DNA of 64,000 nt from an uncultured virus (IMG/VR IMGVR_UViG_3300036715_000919) (Duplodnaviria; Heunggongvirae; Uroviricota; Caudoviricetes): IMG/VR virus record IMGVR_UViG_3300036715_000919, one strand, 5' to 3'. Below the pieces are notes generated by a model. It saw nothing but the letters and a program-made list of their open reading frames with translations, did no database searches and was not told where the DNA came from. Positions 55,201 to 62,619 of the stretch are shown here, piece by piece (position 1 is the stretch's first letter; the number at the start of each line of letters is the position of its first letter). Both the position numbers and the translations under genes were made by a program.

Positions 55201-57330
55201 TAAATATTCACTATTCCGTCCCTTCTGAAACAGATCAGACTGTACCTCCAAAATGCGTCGAGTTGTAGGCTTAGCATCGGTTTCTTCCATAATACCAAGA
55301 GCATTGTCTTCATCAGATCGTACTATCTGTTCATCACTCCTGAACCAACCAATCCCATTATCTGTAGAAAACTGAGCATGTCCCTTGATACTGGGAACTA
55401 TCGCCGGAGTGGAGATTTCATTCTCTGTGTAGTTGGTTCCACCTGGGGCTGTGAGGTGAGCATAATGGTCTGTAGAACGGTAATTTCTATCCTCACCTTC
55501 CTCATAATCTGCTTCATAAATGTCATCTGCCGCATCTTCATATTGAATATTACTTTGCCTATGATGCGTCATAGCAGTATTTATCTGAACAGTATAACTC
55601 ATTTCAGCAGCAAGTCCTGTAGCCAGCTCAGCATAGGTAGTAGGCTGTTCTCTCTGTATGTAATCCTTTAGCCATTCCACCTGCTGCTTACCAGCAGATG
55701 CAGTGATTTCCTGATAGAACTTATCCGGATTACTCTTGAAAAATTTATTGAACAGTTGCTCTATCTTCGGAGTTTGCAATGCACTCATCAACTTAGGTTG
55801 AGCCTGTACATTATTCATACTCATCTCACGGTTTGCTTCATCAGCTGGATTTGTCGATTTACTCGCGTTTACCAATCCCTCATTAACGGCATCTTTATTG
55901 AAATTAAAATGTCTCAGCCCAGTGTTCTGAGCAATGCCGCCGGATAAGTCTACATTGTACGGATGGAAGTTGATAAAGTCTAATAGATCCTTAGCTCTCC
56001 CCATTCTAATTTTAGCCTTGAAGATATTTTGCCAATCCTGAAAACCTACTTCATTTGTATCAATACGTGCAGTAGGTTTGGTATTTACAAATAAATCAAT
56101 AACGTGCTCTCCAATTGTTCCACTGATAGTAACATCTCCAGGATTTAACCCAGGAAAAGTCTTTGTTACTTTGAATTCAGGGTATAAATCACTGATTTCT
56201 TTGAACCACTCATGACGCTGTACTTTTTTAGCAAGATTACGTTCGAAAGCTGTGTATATAAGTTTGACGCCCGGTTTAGATGCCCCTACAATTGAAGATC
56301 TTAATTCAGCTAGATCCTTTTGCATATCTGCTGCTAGATGGCTATGCTGGACAGTAAAATCTAAATCATGTAAATTCTCTCCAGCAGTTCTATACAATGT
56401 ACCCTGTTTGCGTATACTTAAAGACCCTGTAAGTGTTAATCCTAATTTCTGAAAGTTTTCAACAATGTCCTTAGCTTTAGAATCAGTAGCAATTGTATCC
56501 TGGAAATTTACAAGTTGTTGCTCCTTACTTAACTGAGTTTGATACTTAGAAACATTTGCAGTGAGTATATCATTTGCAAGGTCGTTAACAAGTGCATTAA
56601 AATCTTCTGAACTCAATTTACCATCACTGAACAGTCCGGTAATAAACGCTTTTATACGGGCAAGGATATAGTTAATTTGTTTTTCAATAGAACTATTTCC
56701 TGTTATTTTCCAAAACTCTCCTTCTCTATGAATATAACTTTCACGGGGAGCTTTGAAATTATTGTGTATTGCATCAGCGAGGTAATCTATTAGTATGAGT
56801 TCTTTGATTTTACTATTATATAAATTAGGAGACTTTTTCTTATACTGTTGAAATATTTTATCATACCCAGGTATCTGTGAGATAGAATGAATCAGATCTG
56901 TACGAATCTTATTCTTCTTACCCAGCAGGCTGTATGCTACGTATGCAGTCTCTTTAGGTAAGACTGTAATATCTCGATCACGTACTACACCAATTACCTT
57001 GTTAAGCAAATCAGTAGCATCTATCACATCATAGCCAGTTAACTCTTTAAGTTCATTAAATTCAGATACTCCAATATGTAACTTATCAAGGAAATTTAAC
57101 ATCCTGGTTTCTATAACTGAATTGGTCTTTACTCTATTCGGGTCCATAGAATTTTCTACAGCTTGTAATGTGGCATCACCATTGATGTCCTTATCTGCTG
57201 TAGAGAATGCAGGGCTTTTTACCCAGTTCCATATCTGAATAGCTTTGTCGTCGCCATACTTCTGAGACAGGCCAGCATATAGTAAAGAAGGCTCACCGTT
57301 CGGAGCAGAAAATTGGTTACAAAGTGACAT
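43246..57330 (-). CDS. Giant virion RNA polymerase polyprotein (4694 aa)
   Basis: RIPNQGHSSM and GADFDVDKLY (DxDxD at ~49656-49671), TDAQ, as in crAss-like RNAPs; zincin-like IIHENIH/EFVS; additional N-terminal domains. Confidence 0.9.
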   Translation of the reverse strand: MSLCNQFSAPNGEPSLLYAGLSQKYGDDKAIQIWNWVKSPAFSTADKDINGDATLQAVENSMDPNRVKTNSVIETRMLNFLDKLHIGVSEFNELKELTGYDVIDATDLLNKVIGVVRDRDITVLPKETAYVAYSLLGKKNKIRTDLIHSISQIPGYDKIFQQYKKKSPNLYNSKIKELILIDYLADAIHNNFKAPRESYIHREGEFWKITGNSSIEKQINYILARIKAFITGLFSDGKLSSEDFNALVNDLANDILTANVSKYQTQLSKEQQLVNFQDTIATDSKAKDIVENFQKLGLTLTGSLSIRKQGTLYRTAGENLHDLDFTVQHSHLAADMQKDLAELRSSIVGASKPGVKLIYTAFERNLAKKVQRHEWFKEISDLYPEFKVTKTFPGLNPGDVTISGTIGEHVIDLFVNTKPTARIDTNEVGFQDWQNIFKAKIRMGRAKDLLDFINFHPYNVDLSGGIAQNTGLRHFNFNKDAVNEGLVNASKSTNPADEANREMSMNNVQAQPKLMSALQTPKIEQLFNKFFKSNPDKFYQEITASAGKQQVEWLKDYIQREQPTTYAELATGLAAEMSYTVQINTAMTHHRQSNIQYEDAADDIYEADYEEGEDRNYRSTDHYAHLTAPGGTNYTENEISTPAIVPSIKGHAQFSTDNGIGWFRSDEQIVRSDEDNALGIMEETDAKPTTRRILEVQSDLFQKGRNSEYLAAELIDGTPDEDFERGEELHNIRMKYKEQHDEGKISYAEMLDLIDKAQPTLDQETVKQNQFLQLLNKDNNWVTFFVKSIVQDSAKKGYESVLFPAGETAAKIEGHETLANELTRIDTSIKALKEKNIQQHVVYLFGDARASFNTVEEADKFATENNPQYDGQLYVDKNLYVNESNIEEEIKSLEQKKADLKSQGIEKLKPIESFYETRVQNVLNKQYGKQNVERITDEHGNDWFKVSTQHGYNLINYSKSTAPETSIPRDRFNAKTLPELNKTIESIYTEAGSNPSKQFTIPLVPTDIIWLDNKERVTGAQLANLLDKDNVPPNVRFENSMFASIQNIPKNFAKGLIMEDGNPLNLDPTVIEKQMKLIVAQIRDIDGQPTGKYFDLEVQHEVLNTILFQFYNIYSDLQDSTDQKGKLAGKSTMKYMRDEVHGKLERSRQLWGIINDGKSKKIAASENSRSMVDTYTNIINSFYIAKEQNHLWNFAIERLRSMKIKMKEGEIIETGADGNAYIEDENGELQIEEGAITKDRGDSSFEMDMKDTMSTDLKLWFMSTPESKFMNEPKPEDVTADFDSYIRNPETRSLLQRGLKSDLIMTAKNAKDLGITALSNLSPKLISTERDSRSQKTIIIDGKPLRLSAIRTWTTADSADAITVKRIQEQEGHTPAEGDVVLHVTPYVQRTHVLAPEVNFLGANKLANFEQTFQDASALLAGREPSVEGYLAALKATGNANMQRIAERLEKAIEDKKDHIVKQFVAVMSSQYQRMLMVLMTRSKDGYLEPSVIDSNRGSEVQTLQRYWQEAQKTAGLLTKNAAGQTIIDEDQAKEFQKELTLLYSRQPRAYQMTKEDDKLHPKEYSKKRNKKDLELAQQKKDWVVEKRDYFKRLSTAIGITMDDKAIAELIPDRDTSLLFNQLSKGLSLNNMYAGISEEGKPIGLVDVLAWRLTQAARPEELENGEDYEAYKANNPLYVENTAIKILAKAQLKYTTQVYSQTHKSAEGKTIYSFGLNSAVSHAVRKFKEDEAYRQSFQNSYFAKNSWLLSALNPSVLSKFELVYLDGLKNRYGSRDGVTRPDMSDREQWLTLLGLFQNSGRETGHMVSLTHSDKTKTPVFMNAPRLADTRVRKNGKLYISDTVLDTMYRSVFLSEHQRAIQPGGENIRNYANGKKYFYLFPAFNHQQMSSAVKERKLTEGEMKAIWNQGKDGQWVLNNQDNVLFEATAKKLIARQLNEMIEATKQSWTDSKLIKAGLPGSKWYYNGLLKGIGLSQAKEGNKFVWMDGEERVPDELVQKLHIDLAAADYTLNSFLFNTGLSQLFYGDPANAFKAPKGTTDREENVLTGKHDEVLNATLIEYGKRLAKDIAPRKDGDTSHSPGYTSVTAEDWEPVIHELSQIPSYKKPANATDAQEIWTMREYLNDARTYGDVTQEQYNKAIGIITKANGKFYNFGPDLESIILQPRKNVEAGLMPPMEGMMPYTYTKASAFPLYPPFIEGLELDKLRIAMEHPETGIDRLNFISAKKMGGPVKILKLFDDNGKVRDDTFTTTDWIADSRQYIPREFNGRQQDNPYDEDKDAILTVSQMNKNITEKIPTIQKKFIYRGKEKSGAELRQIKEDIRKQLITQSHAKFLDKVGAIYDVDKDVIRFKDKKKFYNLLAKEAKDRDGYTVNDLLALTSYMEGQDELVVPLAFTPSFSKFEGMMMSMVKKIVKIKMPGHSFIQASPAGFRTLATWEDSNLDRSQIVWTKPFDGNLKTAHIGEDGAVVPAQVLVGFNYFSDSRLNIQDFIKEVDNKKMLDTEKMPPELFQLVGARIPNQGHSSMLPIEIVGFLPQNMGDMIVVPAGITKQMGADFDVDKLYTYHRSYTADGGKLSAAEGLDNDYFDVHWSTLTNPEMLDSIMSPLDKNDLKDMADELSPAEGKVPYYFSPTYQLSDFQSMKGAKVLVGQTSLALTSNAVLQTSTVGLAEWVVEEAGKYTQSTAITVADEEGNPLHLSELSGFGETTYKGERRTKSDNVQIQQSESVDHAKNRVIDKINLDPNTSAASLAMSRLQTADQGTPGEADFVPGKSINLEYNALLLMQPIVREFSAALSTANDTLSVNFESKVKDKVFIDLTTKYETDVDWEKVDEVLLNPEKMREALKLKPGTTEFNTLQQAALKLFKQFDDIGSQLVTLQSTMAQDTRGAGKDMLGVLNTVEKRAKPNTTSEKFLSNTQQVFGNKKNGLTEVGVTYDSTVNTALDLYSPELPYKALQKSYNSVMELAGKDGLNNEQKKLVFNAMKSFAFNSKKLGLYSDAYTERVRLLFSHGSNLSLAQRLLSAKSTWGKNDYLLQRLQTDIDPNGVRPDMIEYNASKASMADDVENSKAWLTMLTSEDPVKKALGFDMVRYNYLIGGLQGTRNFIKYIPWATIEGSQIAFGLREQFNEISKFNDSEALVEQIFQHNPHLARQLSAELDEIGKPAIAPDTFALPIYNADDNTGNLAAALAVTMTTDDGKKFTDYPTYLSYRKENKWYLYKNMGMVPGTAKPLFARIDTLGDSKLQLSEYAESAGQVDQKGLRSVVADNRAPWFEHISPEYRKLSNSVMDSLTTAGAHTIAMRQVGITKETGGLQDIINSMSVIARDGGQPAHIRAMAEVLGNMQRNPAEAFAYENVFGMNRAFSYEFSSLPSGTAATFNSGSNKMTFSIPGIGNKQLLAANIIHENIHYHTALMTMAMEGEASWAARGVNSRTLAKLREAKAFIDGHPELQQKLSAVEDARKEAMAELRKRVVTKFGSEYFELLKTDHDTEYGKLYYSLNNATEFVSHILSDSRTITFLNSIKSEDKTSLLNKIKDLFAKVWNALQTALGVQNGTLAETSVKRTLDLLTHDMVLRAPASVMSSTELFSDLSNASINTKEISAIDKVIGKLTEQKQDLINSYTGVTDNRSRLDKRYKIKEIEEDIKKLADSQDLMQVSEIGKKHLQWVARIDAKEKPNENEIMNAVRIAQMWRGIVELLYGDSATSVDPELSQLANQSGNFVHRLLSKGKDYMVDVSAGVIRSTKDFEQVEDISMDQKLLRSLSSAAKSTVTSHVANFIETTARQRDEECYEAMQKLNKLEKNMLAHTGGKKGLEALYNKMTQTSAKSLGLTMQYSKEWFEWRRSIIAKRNATIADIEKNFGNDTVGAIGPKKAAWKAFWKEVDKKAVFVDTRRFFNPTTGELIDNPGAREELAIHVGADHVEILLARAQERYLKYIEDKNTHFDVLDERVVLHEHTAEEAEVMKKEWQNKHSPNVFFDRNNSARSFSEATEEYIAMAPKLSSKELWNDDYKGLMEDSKVSQFYNDYKNMIDEFLSYMPKAVQDRQGADFLPAVRKEVMANMFNVVDWVKTFNEKFVRSITATGWEEQMSDRAFDKIPIDFVNANKLVLEDRSKDLIGIGRLFAMMAIHYKHFSAAKDYIDMGETILKEVNRAQIEGSTQMEQNGKVVTVQKGLRNTLDALKYLKDYSMFRKPKELEGNTNSKLYSKNTGKGSKFSLNLIKHIKMTRDVKKLTAQREELEEKFRTGELTEEEYGAAIEPINQQLGKYEGFTMYGSKIGDKLIGINQLKALSYNPFSAVANVTFGLISISIHAAGGRDFTHAHVAAARTLMTRALFDKKLATKVMGMMDRAGIIGDYVESKYGKAPEFRDNKSTWKKIADPFGMMRETDFFMKGVTTVAMAMHDKITPELSIWDSLDENGYYDSAKHGPSEDWVSGTSAKQQTKWDKFRNKAIRVNVILHGNQDKNAPKMINKTILGRLLGQFRASWLPEGWYNRFQDERFDENLGRAVKGRYRSFFNLDNQIGIGGYAMVMGRQLIGLLPGVKVNPFSGITTIGGKLLTDEESVDTENMRKNLSELGYFLVLAGSIAMLKHLNAGDDDKKSAYTTQVLLNMLIRGKQDIDFYASPGVFESVTKNVIPATSVLTDYGKAIGATMRLIIDDDYTFGKWALKMTKAGIPIPQTTLINKSIYMANKDLDALQ

Positions 57331-57339
57331 AGGGTGTAG

Positions 57340-60300
57340 TTAACATTTAATGAATGGGTTGTATCCGTCAGCTATCCTGCTGATGCCTAAATCCTGTAGA
57401 TATTGAAGTACCTGTGCAGGGGTCTTGGCGTTGCGTTCTTCTGTAGCTGTAAAGTTATACAATTGTTGAAGATTATCAAGGGTAAGTTCATCTCCATTTG
57501 GTGCAATTATATGGCGCACTGCTTCAAAGTTGATGCTACCATTCATGAGATCATTCAGCTCATCAGCCGCATCTTCGTATTCAGTAGTAACGGTACCTGC
57601 TGTGTCTGGTGTAGAAGAGATGAGTTCTGTTGCATTGGCAGTAGCTGCAGGCCTCAATTTAGATTCATCCAGTATCATCTGTCCATTGACGGCGTACACA
57701 TGTTTACCAGCTACAGTGTGTTTACCGTAGACAACAGTACTGAGGAATGATTTTGCATACGCGTTGTAGTTGGCATACTCTTTATGAGAGAGTACGTCAT
57801 TGGCATTGATGGTAACAGCAGTGATCGGCTTGGGATCACCTAAGCCCATCAATTTGCCCCCACTCAGATTTACATTCTTCATGCGACCATTGAGTCCGGC
57901 GATGAGAGCATCTCTGAATGCAGGATTGAGTTGACCATTCTTCAGGTCAGCTCTCAATGGACGTTTACCGCTGTAAGTAGTTCCCACTTTGATGTCAGCT
58001 TTACCATCAGTACGTGTTCCTAATTCATCTGGTACTTGGAAGAGCCAACGCAGTTCTTTTTTTCCCTCTACAGCTTCAGCGTTACCTTCAGTCTTGGTAT
58101 CAGCGAAGCCATTGGTCAGTGTAAAGTACTGCTCAATGAATCCTTTCAGTCCAGCAGGTGTACTGATGTCAAAGCCGGTATATTGTTGTATCTGGTCAAT
58201 AAGTTTCTGTCCCTTGTCCCCCAGAAAGTCAGTTCCATGCTGCATGTACAGCTCTATAGCACGCACAACAGTGTTGATTTCTCCTGGACGTTTGGACAGA
58301 GGAGCTGTGAGCATTGGTACTGGCATGTACTTACCATTGTTCATTGGTATGTAAGCTACAACTGAAGTACGAGGTTTCTCTGCTGTACCCATCAGTCTTT
58401 CCCGCTGCTGTGTAGTGAGGTCAATCATATCCAGTTTGGTACTGGCCAGCAGGCTTTTGCCAATCATCAGTCCATCCTTAGTAGCTACACCAAAGGTGAG
58501 ACTGGTATCAGGCAGTAATTTTTCAGCTAACTGTGGACGGTATTTCACCTTACCAGTAGATTCATTTAGATCCCCAAAATACATAAGCCTACCTGGAAGC
58601 ATACTACCAGTTGTGTGAAGCTTAGCTCCAGGATTGGCATTGTGCCGTTCAGCCAGTTCCTTTCGAATAGCCAATACATATTCCATCTGGCGAAGTACAT
58701 TACCGGGTTCTCTGTTACCATCTGCGTCAGGCGGCATCAGGTCTTCTACATTACGGAAGTTATCGCTTCCCTGTCTGGCAGTGATCCAGTCAGCTCTGGG
58801 AAAGTACTTCAGTGTCTTACCAGTTTCAGCATCTACAATCTTAATGGGTACATTGCCATACCCAATCATTGCTTCATGTGCTGCAGTCCTGATTTTTCCA
58901 TCTGTTGTGTATTGAGAGAAGGAGTCATTCAGTTTCACTTCATTCAGATCTTCATCCTGTACCAGTGCATCGTCATTGAGTCGTTGGCCATTCCAGTCAG
59001 TGTCAATCTGCAGGTACACCTTGTGTCCGGGTTGAATGGCACCGGGGATAAGGTTCTCTTTGTTAGCGTGCGGATCGAGTTGAGGAGCACCATTTACGGT
59101 GACATTCCTCAGCATACGTTTGCCATTGTACTCAATCGTCTTATACTGTAGATCAGAACTGTTACCTTTTACGGCATTAGTAGTTTTGGCTGAGTTCTCC
59201 CAGGGCAATGCCTCAAGAGTATCATCAGTGAACCAGGATGCATTGTCCAGAGTGAGAGGCTGCTCATTCTCTATCACAGCAGGAGTATCTGTCTCTTTCA
59301 GTTCAGCGGCTCCTTCTATAGGATCAACAGTGATCTGCTGTGCAGTAGTGGGGACAGCATTGTTTTTCTCCTTCAAGTACTCTCTCAGTTTGATCTGTAC
59401 CTCATTCACTTTCATCTGGCTAATCTCACCGGCCGCCAGCATTGGGCGGAAAGCATTCTTTAGTAAGTCGTAACTATAAGAAGTACCGGCAGTGTGTTCA
59501 GTTTCAATCTTGTCCAGTATCTTCAGTGCCTTAGCTGGTAATGAATTCTTGAGCTCCAGGTATCCATCTGTAGCAGTAGGCTCTTCGAAGTTGGCCAGTT
59601 CATCTGCTGTATAATGAGTTTGAGGCAGGTCGCCTTCAGTCTCCGGATTCTCCTGATATGGTTCCTGGTACTCAGCTTCTTCACTGTCAGCAGCCTCATT
59701 CTCTTCAGCAGGCCGGTTAGCTTCCACAGTTTGTTTCACTTCAGCAGTAGCTTTCTGGTCAGATAACAGATCCAGCTTATTCTGAGCTTCGCTGATCTGA
59801 CCTTTCAGTTGAGCAATTTGACTCTTGAGGATAGTCATCTTCTGAGTGAGAGGAATGGTCTTGTTCAGAGAAGTGAATGCTCCCATTCCCTTACGCAGTT
59901 CTTTCACCTGCTGTTCAAGACTGGTGTATTCATTGGTTGCCTGCTGGAGTTTAACAGTGTCCTCGGCCAGTTGCTTCTCAGTTTTGGCAATGAGCACTTC
60001 CTTTTCTTTCACAGACAGTCTATTCACAGCATCCCGGGACTGTTGTCTCAGGAAGTTTTCTGTGTTGTCCAGTTTGTTCTTCTCCTGCATCTCTTTGATG
60101 ATGGCTTCTTTATCTCTCTTTAGTGAGGCAGCTACTTTAGCCATACCCCCCTTGGTCATGATCTTATTGAATGTTCCATGTGCAACACTGAGCTGGAACT
60201 TCTGTAGCTCCAGGTTATTCCTGTCTTCAGTCAGCAGATGATTACTGCCTACCTGATCCAAGTATCCCTGAAAGGAGTGAGAGTTGTTCTTCTCTTTCCA

Positions 60301-62619
60301 TGCAGTGAAGCCTGTGCTATCCTCAAGCTGCTGTTTGAGATCGGCAATCTTATCAGCGTGTTCCTTCTTGGCAGCCAGTAGATCAGCTTCAACAGTCTTT
60401 ACTGTATCATCCAAATCAGCATCGCTGGTTCCTTCAGCACGGTACTTGGCAGCTATCTGTTTTTTAATTGCAAATTTCCCTGCAGGAGTAGCTGGTACTG
60501 AGTTTATTGCAGCAAGGTCATTGTCTATGTCTCTGGCTACAGTTGAGAGTGAACTGAGCTGCTGTGACAGACCAGAGTCTAAATCAGTGAAGCCAGTACG
60601 GTCAGTGAATCTATCTACAGCTTCCCGTTCAGCTATCTTACTTTCAACACGGTCAATGGCTTTTTGATGTAGAAAGAGTCCGGCCTTACGCATGAAGATG
60701 TGATCAATCAGATCAGGTTCTACCTGGCCATGGAACTTATTAGAGATTTCCTCATGCATCTTCTGCAGCGCCTTCAGGTTCCCTACAGCAGACAGGGCTC
60801 TTTCCTTGTACTCATGGTCATTCTTATCCTTGGCAAATCCAGCCTGAGTGGCAGCAGTCTGATCTTTCAGAGACGCCTGTTGTAAGGTAAGATCCTGATG
60901 TTGTTTCACCAGTTGATCATACTGAGCCTTAGCTTCCGGATCAGCTTCTATCTGGGGTTGAAGTTGTTCCATCTGCTGTGTAAGAGCATCGAGTTGAGGT
61001 TGTAATTGTTCACCTAAGCTGTGGGTATTATCCAGAGCAGCTATTTGTCGGTAAGTCTCCTGGAAGTTCTCTCCCTGGCCCATGGCGATGGGAGACAGTG
61101 TGTTGAAACCGAAGAGTTCATTCTTGGTTCTCTCTATAGCAGCTTCATCGTTCTTACTGTATGCCTGTTTGAGTTCTTCATGCTTAGCGTCCAGTCTGTC
61201 AATGTCGGCAATGATAGCATCCTTGACATTGGCGAAATAGGACCTGACTCCCATCTCATTTACCTTCTTACCCATTACCAGGTTCTTCTGTACTTTGTAA
61301 ACAGGTTCACCATTGGCGTCAGTGCCGGTTTGTATCTTGTTGCCTTCTTTATCAGTCTTGTAAACAGGATTATTGTTCTCATCGTAATGGGCCACCATAC
61401 GTGGACTATGATCCAGCAGAACGGCCATACCCACATCACCAAATGCACCCAGTGCAAAGTTTAATGCACCTTCGCTGTCACTTACATCTCCCAGGTAATT
61501 CTCCAGATCTGTCAGCGAGTCTTTCAGATCCCCATTGCCCTCACGACGTCCTTTGTGCTCAGCATACTGGGTGTTGATTTCCTCAAAGCCACCTTTAATA
61601 GCTTCCATTGGCATAGAGCTCCATCCATGACGCGGCATCAATGCTCGTTTTAATTCCGGATTATCCATCGTAGCCGCAGTAAGCCTTTCTTTCCAGGCTG
61701 TACGGGTTTCACCTACAGCTTGTTTACCTTCAGTACGTAGCCAGGCTTTAACTTCATCTGCTGGTTCATGAAACATGGGGGCCAACTCACCGAACTGCAG
61801 CATCGTGTTGAGAGCGACGTTGGTACGGATGGTAGTAGCACCGGCTTCAGATGCTGTATGACCTGCAGTGGTACGGGCTTCATCAGGATTCATTCCCTGG
61901 GCGATGAGCTTCTTATATTGAGTGTTGTATACTTCCTGAAATATCTGAGCTCCGGACTGTGCTCCTTCAGAGAAGGACTGTGTAGCAGCAGCTGCAACTT
62001 GTGGAATAGTAGAACGTACCACTTTACTGGCTATACTTCCAGCCTTCAATCCTTCTCCTGCTGCTTCAGCTAATGTCTTGAAGACAGTACCGAACGCCTT
62101 CTCCTCAGCAGCAAATGGTATCATCCATTCGGCAGTAGACTTAATCACCGTATCAAACCACCAGGCTGGATCTTTCCAGTCCCAGTTATCATCAGGGTGC
62201 TCATGGTATACAGGAAGCGGATCACGAAAAGACTGTAGTTTCTTAGTCAGTGCATTGGTGTAATCACTGTCATCATTGCCAGTAACACCTGCCCATACTT
62301 TAGGATCAAGTCCAGTGGCAAACACTTCACCAATACCAAGCACAGAGTTGGTTGCAGCATTGACAATGGAGTCTCCGGCTTGTGCGTACCACTTCTGGTT
62401 CTGTGCACGCAACATATAGTTGTCCGCATTCGTTTTGGGCTGAAATGAGAAGTCGCCAAAGTCTTCTCCTGTTACATTCCCAACAGCAGGCGAATTGCCA
62501 GCAGTAGGAGTGTTGGATATTTTATTAAGATCAAAACCTCCTGAAGTAGAAGGTTTTGAAGATTTAGATGCCGGTGGTTTGCCGGGATCAGCTATTTTGT
62601 CAAGGTCAAATCCAGGCAT
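57340..62619 (-). CDS. Large virion/ejected protein (1759 aa)
   Basis: Adjacent to RNAP; 'RAQNQ.W', 'W....WW', 'EE..TQY' and hydrophobic N-half, then coiled coil, typical of crAss-like internal proteins. Confidence 0.75.
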   Translation of the reverse strand: MPGFDLDKIADPGKPPASKSSKPSTSGGFDLNKISNTPTAGNSPAVGNVTGEDFGDFSFQPKTNADNYMLRAQNQKWYAQAGDSIVNAATNSVLGIGEVFATGLDPKVWAGVTGNDDSDYTNALTKKLQSFRDPLPVYHEHPDDNWDWKDPAWWFDTVIKSTAEWMIPFAAEEKAFGTVFKTLAEAAGEGLKAGSIASKVVRSTIPQVAAAATQSFSEGAQSGAQIFQEVYNTQYKKLIAQGMNPDEARTTAGHTASEAGATTIRTNVALNTMLQFGELAPMFHEPADEVKAWLRTEGKQAVGETRTAWKERLTAATMDNPELKRALMPRHGWSSMPMEAIKGGFEEINTQYAEHKGRREGNGDLKDSLTDLENYLGDVSDSEGALNFALGAFGDVGMAVLLDHSPRMVAHYDENNNPVYKTDKEGNKIQTGTDANGEPVYKVQKNLVMGKKVNEMGVRSYFANVKDAIIADIDRLDAKHEELKQAYSKNDEAAIERTKNELFGFNTLSPIAMGQGENFQETYRQIAALDNTHSLGEQLQPQLDALTQQMEQLQPQIEADPEAKAQYDQLVKQHQDLTLQQASLKDQTAATQAGFAKDKNDHEYKERALSAVGNLKALQKMHEEISNKFHGQVEPDLIDHIFMRKAGLFLHQKAIDRVESKIAEREAVDRFTDRTGFTDLDSGLSQQLSSLSTVARDIDNDLAAINSVPATPAGKFAIKKQIAAKYRAEGTSDADLDDTVKTVEADLLAAKKEHADKIADLKQQLEDSTGFTAWKEKNNSHSFQGYLDQVGSNHLLTEDRNNLELQKFQLSVAHGTFNKIMTKGGMAKVAASLKRDKEAIIKEMQEKNKLDNTENFLRQQSRDAVNRLSVKEKEVLIAKTEKQLAEDTVKLQQATNEYTSLEQQVKELRKGMGAFTSLNKTIPLTQKMTILKSQIAQLKGQISEAQNKLDLLSDQKATAEVKQTVEANRPAEENEAADSEEAEYQEPYQENPETEGDLPQTHYTADELANFEEPTATDGYLELKNSLPAKALKILDKIETEHTAGTSYSYDLLKNAFRPMLAAGEISQMKVNEVQIKLREYLKEKNNAVPTTAQQITVDPIEGAAELKETDTPAVIENEQPLTLDNASWFTDDTLEALPWENSAKTTNAVKGNSSDLQYKTIEYNGKRMLRNVTVNGAPQLDPHANKENLIPGAIQPGHKVYLQIDTDWNGQRLNDDALVQDEDLNEVKLNDSFSQYTTDGKIRTAAHEAMIGYGNVPIKIVDAETGKTLKYFPRADWITARQGSDNFRNVEDLMPPDADGNREPGNVLRQMEYVLAIRKELAERHNANPGAKLHTTGSMLPGRLMYFGDLNESTGKVKYRPQLAEKLLPDTSLTFGVATKDGLMIGKSLLASTKLDMIDLTTQQRERLMGTAEKPRTSVVAYIPMNNGKYMPVPMLTAPLSKRPGEINTVVRAIELYMQHGTDFLGDKGQKLIDQIQQYTGFDISTPAGLKGFIEQYFTLTNGFADTKTEGNAEAVEGKKELRWLFQVPDELGTRTDGKADIKVGTTYSGKRPLRADLKNGQLNPAFRDALIAGLNGRMKNVNLSGGKLMGLGDPKPITAVTINANDVLSHKEYANYNAYAKSFLSTVVYGKHTVAGKHVYAVNGQMILDESKLRPAATANATELISSTPDTAGTVTTEYEDAADELNDLMNGSINFEAVRHIIAPNGDELTLDNLQQLYNFTATEERNAKTPAQVLQYLQDLGISRIADGYNPFIKC

